Part shown: in pieces, positions 1-13,084 of the stretch | How positions within the stretch are numbered: position 1 is the first letter of the stretch | How the letters are laid out: every line of letters starts with the position of its first letter | Source of the DNA: Amoebophrya sp. A120 | Taxonomy: Eukaryota > Protista > Dinoflagellata | DNA length: 64,000 bases | Reading direction: 5' to 3' | Assembly: GCA_905178155.1 (NCBI GenBank) | Contig: CAJINV010000004.1 | Location: 11,696,492-11,760,491, forward strand | Notes under the pieces: model-generated | Told to the model about the DNA's origin: nothing | Seen by the model: only the letters and a program-made list of their open reading frames with translations | The model's database searches: none | Position numbers and translations under genes: made by a program

Positions 1-395
1 CCTGGACGGCAAAAGTGGGGTCAGAAAACCCCAGCTGGGAATGGAGATTCACCGATTTCAGGATGAACTTCTCCGTCAGGGCAGTAGTATCTCCCTGCTG
101 GTGGTATTCCTGGTCGTCACTGGTCCCATCGTCTTGCACTGCGGTCCCCGCCGCATTTACTTTCATGTTAGAAACTGACACAGAATCTTCATCTTCATGC
201 CCTCTGCCCTGCTCCGTGATTTTTCTCAGCTCCGTCTTCAGATCGTCGAAGATGACATTCGTTCCACTTGGGTCAGACGCGTCGTTCACGGGCGCAAATT
301 GACGGTTTAGTACGGAAGTTGGGTTTAGGAGCAGGTTCGCACCCTCGTCCGGATGCTTCTCCAGAAAATCCAGTAACGGCGTCGCATTCGCGTGC
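1..395 (-). CDS. Exon of an unidentified gene running off the window (HANATPLLDFLEKHPDEG...FSDPTFAVQ)
   Basis: Open minus frame from ~395 to base 1, preceded by a pyrimidine tract + CAG. It is missing from the ORF track because there is no stop in the window. Confidence 0.5.
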
Positions 396-2091
396 TGAAC
401 AGGGTAGGACACAGACTGGACGAGTAGCAAGAGTCGGACAGCTAGAATTCCTATTCTTGTCGGATGCGACAAGACTGAAAAAAAGAGCCCTGGCCCCATC
501 CTGCAGTCACGCGCCCGGGTGCTGGGCGGCTGAGAGCGGCTTCTGAAAAAGCTCGGCATGTTTTTGGTATGGTCTGGATCTGAGAAGGTTGGTTCGGAAA
601 GGTAATAGCTTGACGACAATGAAGAACCAAAAAGGCCTACAAAGACAAAGACAAAGACAGACCAGAATTGCCTCCGGCGCTAAAACAGAATAGGCTCATG
701 ATCTGAATAAGCTTGCGGCCATTTGGAGTGGGTCTCACATAAGCGACGGATCCTTTTTGGATCACCATCATCATCACACCGATCTTTTTTCCGTACAGGA
801 AAATCGAAATAAATCAATAGCTTGTCGCCTTCTTCTTCCCGGATGATCATGATTGATATTATAGGAATTTGCACCAGAAGCAGAACTACTAGAAGACCGC
901 TCTCCTTCACTTTAGGCGGAAAGATCATACCGAAGAAAAAAGTAAGGACCCTACTTGCCAAAATCAGAGTCAGACACACAAGAACCACCTGGTTTGGTTG
1001 AAGGTAGAGGTTGAGGTGCGATGTTTCATGATGTTGAAGTTGACAAATCCCTCGGTCATGGCGTGTTTTTGTCAAGGCCTGACAGCCTACAATGCATAAA
1101 GTCGATCAATGTCTAGTGATATTTATACCCCAAGAAAGTTATTGTGCTGAATCAATTCCAAATGTTTTTCTTTCGTGTTCGTGACGCGCAAAAGTAAAAG
1201 TATTCAAGATTGTGGTTTTTGGACTGTACAACGACGAGACTAACATTCCTTCTGGATACATACAACAAACTGCAAACAAGTTTTAGTTTAAGTCAAACAC
1301 ATCGCAAAGCCATAATAAAAAATGTGGCGTCTGGTGCGTAAGAAGCGGTTTCCGGTGCACCGACTCTGGATAGAAGGGTTTTTGCGAGCAGGCGAGCGGC
1401 AATGAAAAATACGCTTGCGGGGAATCAAAAACGATTCTCTCAAACTACAGCATCAAACGAGTAGTACCTTCATATCAGGCTGCGTGCTGCCTATGGGTGT
1501 ATCCTCCGGGGCGAAGATCCTGCTTTATTGCTCCAGCGCAGCAGTAGATGGAGTTGGCAATCGCAGTATCAAGAGGAAGTAAAGGATATTTCAAAAAAAC
1601 TTGTTCTCCCGAGGCCTTGATGATAATACTACTGCGAGTCTTTCTGCAAGATGTTGTGGAAAAGGGCAAAAATAGAGGAAAAACAAAAAGAAAAATTTTC
1701 GAAAAGTAGGTGGGTGGGCGGTGCTGGAAGAAGTAGCGCTTCATCTGCTTTTTGAATACGTAATCAAAAGTCGACTTGTTTATAAATTAAGTTTCGAGTG
1801 TAAGCAAGCCTGCGCGCTCTGTACACAATGGAATGACTAGTGGTAAAAAGTTGTGCAACAAGTAACTAAAATCACAGACACTTCTTGGATAATTTCTATA
1901 ATGTCTTTCTGTTGTCATCTGCTGCGATATGTCTTTGTACAATGTCAATTCATGCAAGACTCGGTTTTTTTTTTCAAAACAGAACTTCATAAATTCTCTT
2001 TGTACAAGCTAAAATTTATTCTTTTCCTGCATACAGATACAGAAAGAGCGTTTAATGCTTCTATTTTTCCAACCAACCAGATGCGCTATCT

Positions 2092-5000
2092 TCAAGACCC
2101 TTCTTCAGAAATCAAATTCAGTTTGGCGTTGATATTCTGTGCCAGATTGAAGGCCGGGGCGCAAGATTCCAGGCTGTTCTCCCGCGTAAAGCAGACGCGG
2201 CGGGCGGTGCTGGTGCCAGAATTGATGGCTAGGTGATCTAGAGAAGAGTTCACGGAAGACAATGGACTGACATTGGCTAACTGCAGTGACGTAGACTCCT
2301 CTTGTTCTTCATCCCTCGTTCTAGTACAACTTGTTCGTCCCAGCACACTGGTCGTGCTGTGGTCCTTACCAGAGGACGCGTGCACGTCCACAGAGGGCGG
2401 GTCAACTACAACGCCCTCTGTAGTTCTTTCTGTATCGGAGGCGGAAGGAAACAATAGCTCGTCTCGATCCTGATCCACACTCGCCGACGGAGGACCCCCA
2501 CCTGGGAGAAGAGTTGAACCGGAAATGCTCACGCTCGACGCTGTGTCGTCGTCGTTGGGGGTTTTACAGGGGCTATTCTTTGTTCTTCCGTAGAAAGCGT
2601 GGTCTTTGGGTTTCTTCTTTATTCCACGCGTGCTAGAGGTCCCCTCCGGATGAACCAACACTACGGACGACTCCACGTCGTTAATATTTTCTTGGTCGCT
2701 AGTACCGTCGACGCTGGCTTCCTCGAGCGCGCCCGGAAGTAGGGGCATGATCGTGTTGTTTGCGTTTTGATGTCGTCCGGATGAAGAATGACCCTGCTGT
2801 ACTGTCTTGCAGCTGTCAACATCAACACCAGCGGAAATCGTCGTAGTTTGTCGTCCAGACGGGGAACCACTTTTCTTCACAGCACCAGCGTTATTTCTAC
2901 TGCGCACAAAAAAAGTTTCGTTTTCTCGTATAATTTCTCGCCCTCTTTCACCAGATGAAACAGCGTGCGTCTGGTTTGCTCGTTCTTGTGGAAAAGAAGG
3001 ATACGCGTTTATTGCTGTGTTGAACTCATTCTCATTGCCATTTCGTTGTTCCTCCAAACGACCTGAACCGTTTCCATTTTGACAATCGCTCGGACAACCT
3101 TCAGCGCTACTGACCGTAGAAGCTCCTTCGCCGCAACTCGCTCCTAGAGACTCGCTCGAGCAGGAGCCGCTGTGGTAGTTGCTGTTCGGCACGCTATCAT
3201 TGTTTTCGCGCAAGGACGAGGAAGACCGGGACCAGTCGGCGCGAATGGTCGGCCGCGTGTCCGTTGACGCGTGACTGCTTTTCCGCGAGGCCTGGTGGGT
3301 CGTGAGGTTTTTTTCTGGTTTGCTGGGGGGTGGTAAAATGTCCACACCCGCCGCCTTGTTTGCGATGTCGTGCAGGTCGGTGCTAAAGAACTTGCGGGTG
3401 AGGATCTTCCCCGAGCCTCCGGCTTCAACATCGCGATTACGAACTGCACCGAGGGTCGTTTCGGTTTCCTCGTCTATCTGCATCCCAGTCGGATCCGTCT
3501 CGAGCACTTCGAACTCAGCGCCTTCGGGCACTTTCTTTGGGGGAGCAGGTGAGAAAAGAACATCGGTTGTTGTAAAAAGCGCATCATGATTTCTTCTTTC
3601 GTTTGAGGGAACAGAGGATGTTGACGGCAAACTATTTCCACCCTCTCTCGTCGTTTGTTCCATTATTTCCTCTTGCACGGCCGGCATCATGGGAAAGGGC
3701 TGCAGACTGCTACTTCTCCGGTAGGGAAAATGTTGATGCTGGACTGCGGCAGAAGCTGTAAAAGTAGCAGCTGCTTGGTCGACGTTCTTGTCGGACAGTT
3801 GGTGGTCTTCAAGCGGGAACAACTCGGCACGCTGATAATTCTGGTGATCATCCGCCAGAGACAACAATTCCCTATGTTCACTCCCGGAATTCTCCCGCGT
3901 CATCAGTCCATCCTCAGCCGACAACATAGCCTCTGCTTTCTGACTTTTGTTTATCCTCTCCAGCTTGGCCAGCTCCTCCATGATCTTCCTTGAGGCCGCA
4001 GCGGGCGCGAAAACACTCTCCGCTTCCGTGTCATCCCCAAACACGGAAAACGTCATCGCAGACTCGCTGTTGTGTCGGGGAGCAGCAATGTGGCCGGGAG
4101 TCGTGGTGCTGTGTTTTTTATGATTCATGCCCATAGTATGATCGCTAGAAGAAGACCTGTGGACGACGTCGAACGGATCCTCGGGATAATGATCGCGTTG
4201 TTGGCTAGAATGTAGCCCGGCGCCTTGCTGGTGTCGATAGTAAAGGTCCGCGCTGTGTTCCTCTTCTTGATTTCGGTTCGTTTCTTGGTCGTGACTAACA
4301 AATCCATCTTGTTGTAGTTGTCGCCCCCTCAAGCCGGGGGCCTCTAATTGCTCATCATCCTCCAGTTGGTGGACTTTGGTGGAGGAAAATCTACTTCCCA
4401 CCCTGCCGAACCGTTTCGCCACTTGGTACAGTATTCCGGGGATCAAAAAACTTGATTTTGATCCTGCAGCAGAAGCCGTTCCTGGTTCCGACAACCTACT
4501 TTTATCGCCCGGGTTCATTCTTGCCGCACACAGTTGCGAAGCATTTTCCTCCTCGCGGGAGCGGCCTTTTGTGCGTGTGAACAAGTAGCTGGCGCGTGAT
4601 TCAGAACTGTCGATGTTATGTGGTGCGGCTTCCCCTTGCTTTCCGTTTGACAATGTTTCTCCCCATAGTGTTGCTTTTTCTTTTGCGGAATCACTCGCGC
4701 CAGTGCAGCTGGACGCGACTGGGACATTGAACGTGGAAAGCGGCACTTCGCCACGGCCTAGACCTAGCGCGTCGAAGGACGTGGAAGTTTTGAACTCCCG
4801 TTGTGACGCCGCAGCGCCCGCCGAAGGAGGTGGCTGGAAGTTGTCGTGATCGTTGTTTTGTAATGCACCATCGTCTTCATGAGAGCTTTTGCGTTTATTT
4901 TTGTCCTTCCCCGAAGATGCGGAACTACCTTTCTTCCTACCGCCCCGACTCCGTTTACTCCGATGCTGCTTTCGGTACACCAAATTTGGGTGCCGGCCCG

Positions 5001-8000
5001 TCGCGGAGATGACCCCGCCCCACGAGGTTTTCTGGAAGCGGTGGGAAACCGACGGGTGGGTCGGATTTTTCAAGAAGAAGTCCCCTCCGAAGCCGTAGGG
5101 GTAGTCTTCGAGCACGTTGGTGAAAACGTGCTGGTTCTCCTTGTCGAAATACGGCGGCAGGGCCATGATCAGATACGCCTGTGGCACGATTCTGGGCAGC
5201 ACCCCGAACAGCAGCCCTAGGGTGCAGAAGAGCAGCCCGATGTACGTCGGCAGGTCCCCCTCCCCGTGCAGCAGTTGCATTTCGGCTTCTTTCGTCCAGA
5301 GCCGGCGGGAGCACAGGGACCGGGTGCAGGCGTAGCAGATGAAGAACGCCAGCGCCTGGATGACGCGGACAGCAACCACTTCGGTGCTGTACTGGCTGTG
5401 GATGTGCTTCACTTTGTACTGGAAGGAGGAACATACTTTCCGCACCCAACTGAAGCAGTAGCTGTTGCCGTAATTCTCATTACCACCGGTGAGAAGCGCG
5501 TTTTGCGGAGCGGTGCTGGTAGTTGCGCTGGTCACCATGTACCGCAGCCACGGCCGCTTACTGCTGCCACTGCTCTTTGGGGACTTCGTTGTTGTAGAGG
5601 ACAGTCGGGAGGACCGGTTGCCGTTAGCTTTTGAAGACGTCATGCTCGTAGCTCCGGCGGTGGACATGGTGCTGCTTTTCGTCGTGCTTTCTGTTTTTAC
5701 TGTCGCGGCGGAGAACGGGAGTAAGCGCTTTCGGTCGTTGTCCGCCGCCGCTGCTGCACCTCGTCCATTTCTTGCGTTTTTTGCAAAGGATGAAGAATCC
5801 ACCTCAAAGGAAGTACCGTTTTGTTCATCATCTCGTGGTCCCGAATGAATGCTCCTCAGCATGCGCACCGGTGCGGACACCGCACGTGCTACAAAGCCGA
5901 TTAGATACCGTGCACCACTGGGAGTACCACCTCCTCCCAGGCCGGTACTCGTTGTTCCACCGAGCAAACCTGCAAGTCCTGTGTTCGAATTGGTCATGAG
6001 TGTGTGCGACGTGCAGCTGCGCGTGCGCATTTTCCGCAAGTAGCGGCACTTGTCGTCCGCCTGCGTGCAGTCGAACTGCTCGATCCGCTTGCGGCCCGGT
6101 TTGGCGACCGCGTAGTGCAGGTAGGCTAGGAGAGTGATCAGGAGGAAGAACGCCGAGCTGATGAGGTACCAGCGGGAGACAAACTGGCACAGCACCAAAA
6201 AGATGACCGCGCCGTGCAGGACCAGCACCCAGCAGCGGAACCCGAACTCGACGAGTTGCGTGATCATCTCGTGGATCACCCGCTGAAAATACTTTTCGAG
6301 GTACACGTTTTCCGGGGTCAGAACCCGGATCCCGTAGATGGTTTCCGTGTAGTGCAGAATGTACCGCTTGCACTTCAGGTAAAACGCCACCGTGGGATCG
6401 CCAACGAGGGCAGGACCTCCAGCTGTCTTCGACGTTGTTGTGCCACTAGTGTCGTGCAGCCACAGTGCGGAGTGCACGTTCTGGATCTCCCAGGGCCGCT
6501 GCGACGGCCGGCGCTTGTTCAGGGAGGGGCGGCGAGAGGAGAGTGCGGATGCGCTCGTTGGGAGCATGTTGGAAACCCCATTCTGGTTGCTGCCAGCTAA
6601 TACCGCACTGGTACTGCTCGTTGTCGTAAAGCCGCCTCCCACGACTATGCCGGAGGCTGCGGAAAAACTGGAGCTTTCGGCGTAACAAAGATCCCCGGTG
6701 GTGGAGGCAAGCTGATCAAGAGAATCGGCGACGGTGCAATTTCTCGTTGCCGTGCTAGTGGTGCAATTCGACGACTCCCCGCTTCTTTCTCGGTACAGCG
6801 GCAGATGATCGCCACTGGCTTCCCGGCTGGATTTCTGACAACTCGACCCGCTGCTCTTTTGGGTTCGCTCCACAAAGCTTGAACTTTCGCCACCAACAGT
6901 ACAACCAAAAGAGGGTAGCTGCTCCGGGATCATCGACGTCGTGGCTTTTTTCTGATCAGCTTCGTAAGTAGGTGAAGTGGTCCTCGTGTCGCCAGCTGGT
7001 TGACGTTGCTCTGTTTGGTTCTCGGAGGCTACTACAGGATCACCCATGCCCTGTTCGTAGTTTTTCCGCGTTGTTGTCATTTGTTCTTTCGGGCGCGCCG
7101 AACCGGGGTCTATGCCTTCTGCTTCGCACGTCACAATTTGCGCATGCGTTCTTGAGGTGTGGTGTTCCAAATCTTCCTCCTCCACACTGTTCGCGTTGTT
7201 GATCATGAGCATGTGGAGTTCCGCATTCTCGAAGGTCTGCAGGATGTCGATCAGGGTCCTTCGCACCAGGTAGAAAACCATCAGAAAGTAGAAAATCATG
7301 GCCAAAAACATCTGCATGTGAACGTCTTCGACCATGTGGAGCATGTCGGTGCCTGACGGTGTTGGCGCATTTTTACTCTCAGAAGGACTTTTGCTCTCTT
7401 TTCCTTGTAGAAGATCGGAGTCTCTCATGCCGTAGCTAGCGCAACAAGTAGCAAAGATTTAGTTGAAATCAGACGAGCATCATGATATGCTTTATCCATG
7501 GTAAAACGTTTTACCGTTATCCGGGAAGAGATGGAACCAGCCGAGCGAATAGTCGTGCGGCGACTCGTACCCGAAGACCCCAATCTGCCGCAGACACCAG
7601 ATCAGCATCGCGATGAATCCCAACACGGTGAGCTCCACCTTCATCCGGGTGAGAAGTTTGCTGTAGTACCAGTGCTTCCCGTGGTGATCGTCCTTTTGTA
7701 CGACTCCGTACGAGGAGTGCGCCGGTCCGCTGTGCTGGTCCGGAAGTGGTAGGCTTGGAGAGGAATTTACCATGCTAGTGACTGTACATGGTGCGCTGCC
7801 TTCCGTCATATTGTTGCTTTGCGCGACAGAACTGTGGTGCCGGGTCGGGTCGACAGAGTTTGAAGAAGACCCGCCCGTAGCTGCGCTCGAGCTCGTACCA
7901 GAGCAAACTTGTTGGTGTTGATGATCGAAGCGCTTTTCGATCAGCGCCTCGATCTTTTCAAACACAATGACGATCCAGATCAGGAAGATCAGAACGCAGA

Positions 8001-8499
8001 GCTCGACGAAGAGGTACTGTTTTTCGCTTTTGTACCAGGAAGGCCCACCTGCTGCGCCGAGATGACGGCCGCGGCTTTCTAGACGGTGACGTGCAGACGA
8101 GCGCTCTTCTGCATCTGGGTGGTCGTCAGGCCCCGCCTCTACCACGCTGGTAGTCAAGACTGACGACTCTTCGACTGGCACCTCGACGTGCGGGACGAGG
8201 TTTGATAGGAGTGTTGTCTTCACGCCTGCTGTGGTTTCGAGTATTGGGTGCTCATGTCGTCCTGCTTTTGGACGCTGCACCGAAGCTGCAGCGTCACGCA
8301 CTGATGAAGGTCCTCGTGGAGGGGACAATGAAGGGACCGGTTTGTTGTAGTTCTTGCGCTGTGACGAAAGGAAGCGCACGGAGGTAGTTTTGGTCGTAGG
8401 TGTACTGCTAGTAGGTGCTATCGTACCGTTGGAAGGTCGGCTCCACAAGAAAACTCCGCACAAAACGCGAAGATGACGGAGTAGCCGTGCCATCTTCAT
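2092..8499 (-). CDS. MLO-like multi-pass membrane protein with long low-complexity loops and tail (2 exons)
   Basis: ORFs 7492..8616 and 2092..7428 join via GT-AG intron 7353-7514 (FPDNG|TDMLHMVEDVH). LLTRMKVELTVLGFIAMLIW resembles MLO TM2 (EKIKxELMLLGFISLLL); VEDVHMQMFLAMIFY resembles TM3; YLEKYFQRVIHEMITQLVEFGFRCW resembles FxKYxxRxLEDDFxxVVGISxxLW. Confidence 0.65.
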
Positions 8500-9282
8500 G
8501 CGTGGATGCGGCAGCTGCTCGAGTCGTGTGTTAGCCGTGGAGGAAGTGGAATGTTTAGTATCAACGAGGAGGCATCTTCCCTCTGGCGAGAGAGGTTTCA
8601 AGTTACAGTGGCACACTAAGGCTGGAAACTTTTAGATGCATATAGAAGAGGGCAACAGGAATGGAAGAAACGACACCACAGGTATCACAGTGGCTGCTGC
8701 AAGGTGTAAGTAGCAACATCGCTTGCACGCCTACTCGCTCCACTCATCGTGGCTGCCGACCGCAGCTTCTTGCTTGTACCCTCCGTTCATCCGCAGGTTG
8801 TATTGTACGCAAAAGCACCATTATACACACCCTCCTCCGCTACAGGGCGTGAAAGAGCCAGCCCCAGACACCGTGCTATCCACATACAGTCGGCCGCTCA
8901 GGGTCTACTCAAGAAAAGCATCCAGACCTGCGTAGAAAATCTTGAACACTTTCCGTTCTTTTTGTTTTTCTTGAAGTTGTGACCTTGGGTAGTACAGACT
9001 CGAACCCAGAAGTCACTTTTCGCTTGCAACTTCAATACCTGTAAAAAATGGAGCATCAGCACAAGCACTCCCTCCTCAGTCGCTGACTTCACCTGGCGGA
9101 GATTTCAAAGCGGTAACTAAGTGTCTTTTTCTAGGACTTTCGAAACAAACATTGATGCGAGCACTAGCTTTCAGTAGTTCTTTTTCCGTTTCCTTTGCGC
9201 GAAACGAAGCTTAAGAAAAACCACCTTTCTCGCACACATCCTCATCATTATGGGAGGACACGAAGACATCGCGTCTCCTAAT

Positions 9283-12200
9283 CTATCTGTCAAAATGCGT
9301 CAAATCACATGCACGCGCTTTCCAATTTTTGTTCGACCGGTAACCATCTAACTTGTCTTGCAACAGCTTCAACCGTGGCACTTCTGGACGCATGACCCTT
9401 CCCGACCCCTCGATATTCGTGTTGAAGAGCGCCTGTGCGATTTGCCAACTTGCGTCAGAACTGTGCGTTTGCCCATTCATGATGTTCTGCAGCTGCGCAA
9501 TCATAAACGCGGAGTGGAAGTAGGAGGGTTCTAATTCCAGAAACAGGTTTCCGCTGTTCTCCGCCCACTGGCATAGCGTTTGCAGCGTCAGATCGGTGAG
9601 TCCGTTGCTGCTCCGGAGACGGAGCAGTTTGATGTTCGGCAACGTGTGCATCAGGAGCTCGATGCTCTCGTCAACCAGGTGCTCGCAGCTGTTCAGGCGG
9701 ACTGGGAGTTTTGAGTGTTTTCGTGGTTTTTCATGGATCCATATTTCTTACCCTTCACGTCGTGAAACGTGCAAAAAGTGTTCGCCGTCACTCTTGGCAA
9801 GGACCTTTCAGCTACACTGCAAAAGAGTAGATTGAGACCGCATATCACACGTACAGGAGAAAAAAAGAAAAAAGCAAAAAACTACACTTTTGCTGTAAAA
9901 ATACGGATTTCCAAGCTTTGCCCGCAGAAATTTCCGATCGCCCGCAGCGCGTTAGTGTTGAAATAAATCCAGTCAACTTCCAAATGCTGCAGCTCTTGGC
10001 GGCCCCGCAGTTCGTCCGCCAAATTTGCGTAGGAATGACCTATATCAAATGTAAAAGTGTCTGGGTCTGGAAGAGTCATGCTGTTTTTGCATGACAAAGA
10101 AGGTCATCTGCCATGGAAGCTCTAGCATTACAGGTTTCGAGAAGCTTCCGCAATGCCGAATCGGCATGACAAATCCCCCACTTTGGTGACAGAAAGTGGG
10201 CAGCTTTTGCCACCCATGCATGAGAGATTTTTCTGTCTTCTGAAATGCGCATCACAAGCTTGTATTCTTCCAGACCCAGACATTTTTGCATTTGATAACC
10301 GAACACCATGCCCTTGTACATGTCGAGGTAGCACAGCTCCGCTTCGTATCAAATGTAAAAATGTCTGGGTCTGGAAGAATGCAACTTGTCATGCTAAATC
10401 TGAAGCATGCAAAAATCAAAATCAGTGTTGCGTGATTACCAAAAGTCGTCCAGTTTTGACCAAGTCGGGAGGGAGTTTCTCATGCAGGATAGGCATGAGA
10501 GAGATTGCGCAGAATCTGTCATGCTAGGTCCTGCATTCCAGGCTTCGTGGGTCATGGAAAAGCTGCATGACAAATTGCGCATTCTTCCAGACCCAGACAT
10601 TTTTACATTTGATACTTCGGGAAGAAATTTGAAAATCTTCAAGGTCTTCCCCAATTTCCGTAAAAGCAAGTTGAACAGCTGATCCTTGACGTGTTTCACG
10701 CGCATCAAATTTCCGCGGATGGTAAAACTGACAATGTTGGGAAGGAACTGCTGGTCGGCAAAATTCGTTGTCGCTTGTCGCTGGAACGTTTCTTCTGTTG
10801 TCCCGCTAATACCTCCGGCCAGACCCCCGCCTCCGGGACTTGGCACTGCCACGGGGTTGCGCAGGCACCAAATCAGGTTTTCCGTGAGAAAATCCAGCTC
10901 CACGTGGGTTAAATTGGGAAAGAAGGTGTTGACTTTCCGGAGAATGGGGCTCACGTACGGGAGCCGGAGCAGTTCGTCCCAGTACGCCGGGTTTTGCCCG
11001 AGTTCGCGGAGTTCTCTTCGTAGCCCTGTGTTGTGGAATTCCGGCGGGAGACAGAGAGAAAACTTCTTCAACGTCGTAAAGTACTTTGGCGGCTTTTTCC
11101 TTTTGCCTGACGTGCTCTTCATTTGGCTTGATGTGCTGTCTCGCCTCATCGGCACGCTAAACTCGTCTACGAAATACCGGTCGGCGTTGGCCATGGACAG
11201 ACCCTGCATCACAATCTCTTTGTTCGGAATAACGCGATCTGGAGGCTCCTGCTTGGCTTTCTGCTCAACTACTTCCAGGGCGTCCGCGTCATCCAAATTG
11301 TCGGCTGCAACTAGTACATCGTCTTTGTTCCTAACATCTTCAGCCGCAGCACCCTCTCGTCCCTGCCGCTGCTCGAGAGTTGATATTGGTATTGAAGTCG
11401 AACTGCTCGCAGGTATTTGCCTAAAGGTAGTTGCACCCTGCCCCTTTCCTCTGTTCTGGACTTCCATGCGCTTTTTGCGCCGCAACGAGCCGTCGCTCGC
11501 GTTTCCTGGCGACTGTTCTTCGTCACTGCTCGATTGGGGCGGCGGCTCCTTGAAAAGCCATTCGATTAGAGGCTCTTGCGGGATTTCCAAACTCGCAAAA
11601 TCCAGCTCGTCTAGCTCCACTGCGGGGCGGAATAGGAGGTGCAATTCCTGCAGGTTGAAGCCAGAAGTTCCTCCAACCAAATCCGAACCGAGAAAATTTG
11701 GATCATTTCCATGTGTCGGTCGTGCGCCACCAGGAAGTAGCTGCCCACCTTCGCCGCTAGAACCACCACCGCTGCTCATGAAGGAGTTCAGCAGCAACAG
11801 CGCGTGCAGATCTTTCAGTAATTTGGTCGAAAAGGGGACGTCGAGCGTCAAACACCGCAAGCTCGTCACATCCGCGACGGCCTCCAAAAATTGCGACAAC
11901 AAATCAATCCCCTGGGTCGTTCTGGTCTGCAGGTAAACCGTTTGGAGACGGAGGAACTGGATGTGAAAGGGCAGCGGCTCGACCAGTTTCTCGTTTCCAA
12001 CGAGGCAGCGGAAACGGAACTTCCGCAAATTCTGTCCGGTGTGGGACAGCAGCCGGTAAAAGCCGGACAGCTTGTGCTCGACTGGCGCGTGGGTGTGCGT
12101 GTAGGAAATGCCCTTTTCCTGCCACAACCCGGGACTGAAGCTGGCGAGCCAAAACGCCGTGCAGACGCGGGGCATGGATTTCGCGACCAGGGAGGGTGGG

Positions 12201-12853
12201 AGGAACGTGAAGAGGTACGCCAGGAGCTGCGTATCCATGCCGTTGATCAAAACATGCGTCTCCGACAGATTCGCGTCGGACCCCCGCGCGCGCTGCAGCA
12301 ACGCGTCCGGCTGGGTGCCGCCAAAGTCCGCGCAGGGAGGGAGGCAGCCGGACGGCGATTTGGTACTGGAATGCGTGGAGGAAAGGGTCTTGGTTGGGGC
12401 ACCAGGAGGGCCCCTTAGTGTGCCGCTGATGTTGTGCCGCTGCGTTGGTTGAAGGTGTTCCTCATTGCTGCTCCTGCCCCCGGCTGGTAGTACAGCTGCA
12501 GTGCTCCTTCTTTTCGGAGACTGCAAATTCATTTGCGTGTGGGTGTTACCATTTGGAAGAAGTAGTTCGTGTGCTGAGACAACAACATCCGCACCTCCTT
12601 GGTCCACCTGCAGCCGCAGCACGGACGGTGGGGGGCTATCCGGAAACATCTCGCCCTCCGCCTGCATTCCCGAGCGCTCCGTCAGCGGTGGCGAGATCTC
12701 GGGTGGCGTGTAGGCGTTCGAATTCGAAGTGCCATACGTGGTCGGCGGCGTCGCCGCCTGCTGCTCTAATCGCTGCTCCAGCAAGCTCAAGGGTGGGCGC
12801 CGCGGGACCCCGACTGTCGCGCTCATCCAGGACTGCAGTTGCACTTGGACCAT
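9283..12853 (-). CDS. F-box / leucine-rich-repeat protein (4 exons)
   Basis: F-box-like INGMDTQLLAYLFTFLPPSLVAKSMPRVCTAFW and LRR-like SLEILRLNSCEHLVDESI, LPNIKLLRLRSSNGLTDLTL. The frame is restored by removing TIR elements at 10347 (FLPE|AELCYLD) and 10043 (MVFG|HSYAN) plus GT-AG intron 9702-9904. Confidence 0.75.
10043..10297. mobile_element. TIR introner family 1 (255 bp), now with GT-AG boundaries
   Basis: TATCAAATGTAAAAGTGTCTGGGTCTGGAAG...CTTCCAGACCCAGACATTTTTGCATTTGATA. TSD on transcript strand TCGGT/TAGGT; intron 10040-10299 reads GT...AG. Confidence 0.9.
10347..10614. mobile_element. TIR introner family 1 (268 bp)
   Basis: ~35-45 bp TIRs; perfect 5-bp direct repeat CTTCG at 10342-10346 and 10615-10619. 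Confidence 0.95.
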
Positions 12854-13084
12854 CCTGTGCAAAAGTCTCGAATAGTAGATACTCACGCACAATTCATTTA
12901 CATTTTTATTTCGAGCTCGCTTTGGCTTCGACTCATACAAACCGTATACGCAGTAAACACTCGAAGGAGTACTTAGTTCAATATGTATTTTGCGAATTTT
13001 TATCTTATGCAATAGAAATCCAAATGAAATTTGCAAAGCGCATCTCGCCTTCACAAATACGTGCTTTTTCTTTTTACCGATACT

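Noticed and set aside
680-1075. EEP/inositol 5-phosphatase from the motif YSDHEPILF
   Set aside because: Only one short motif; no other family motifs could be assembled.
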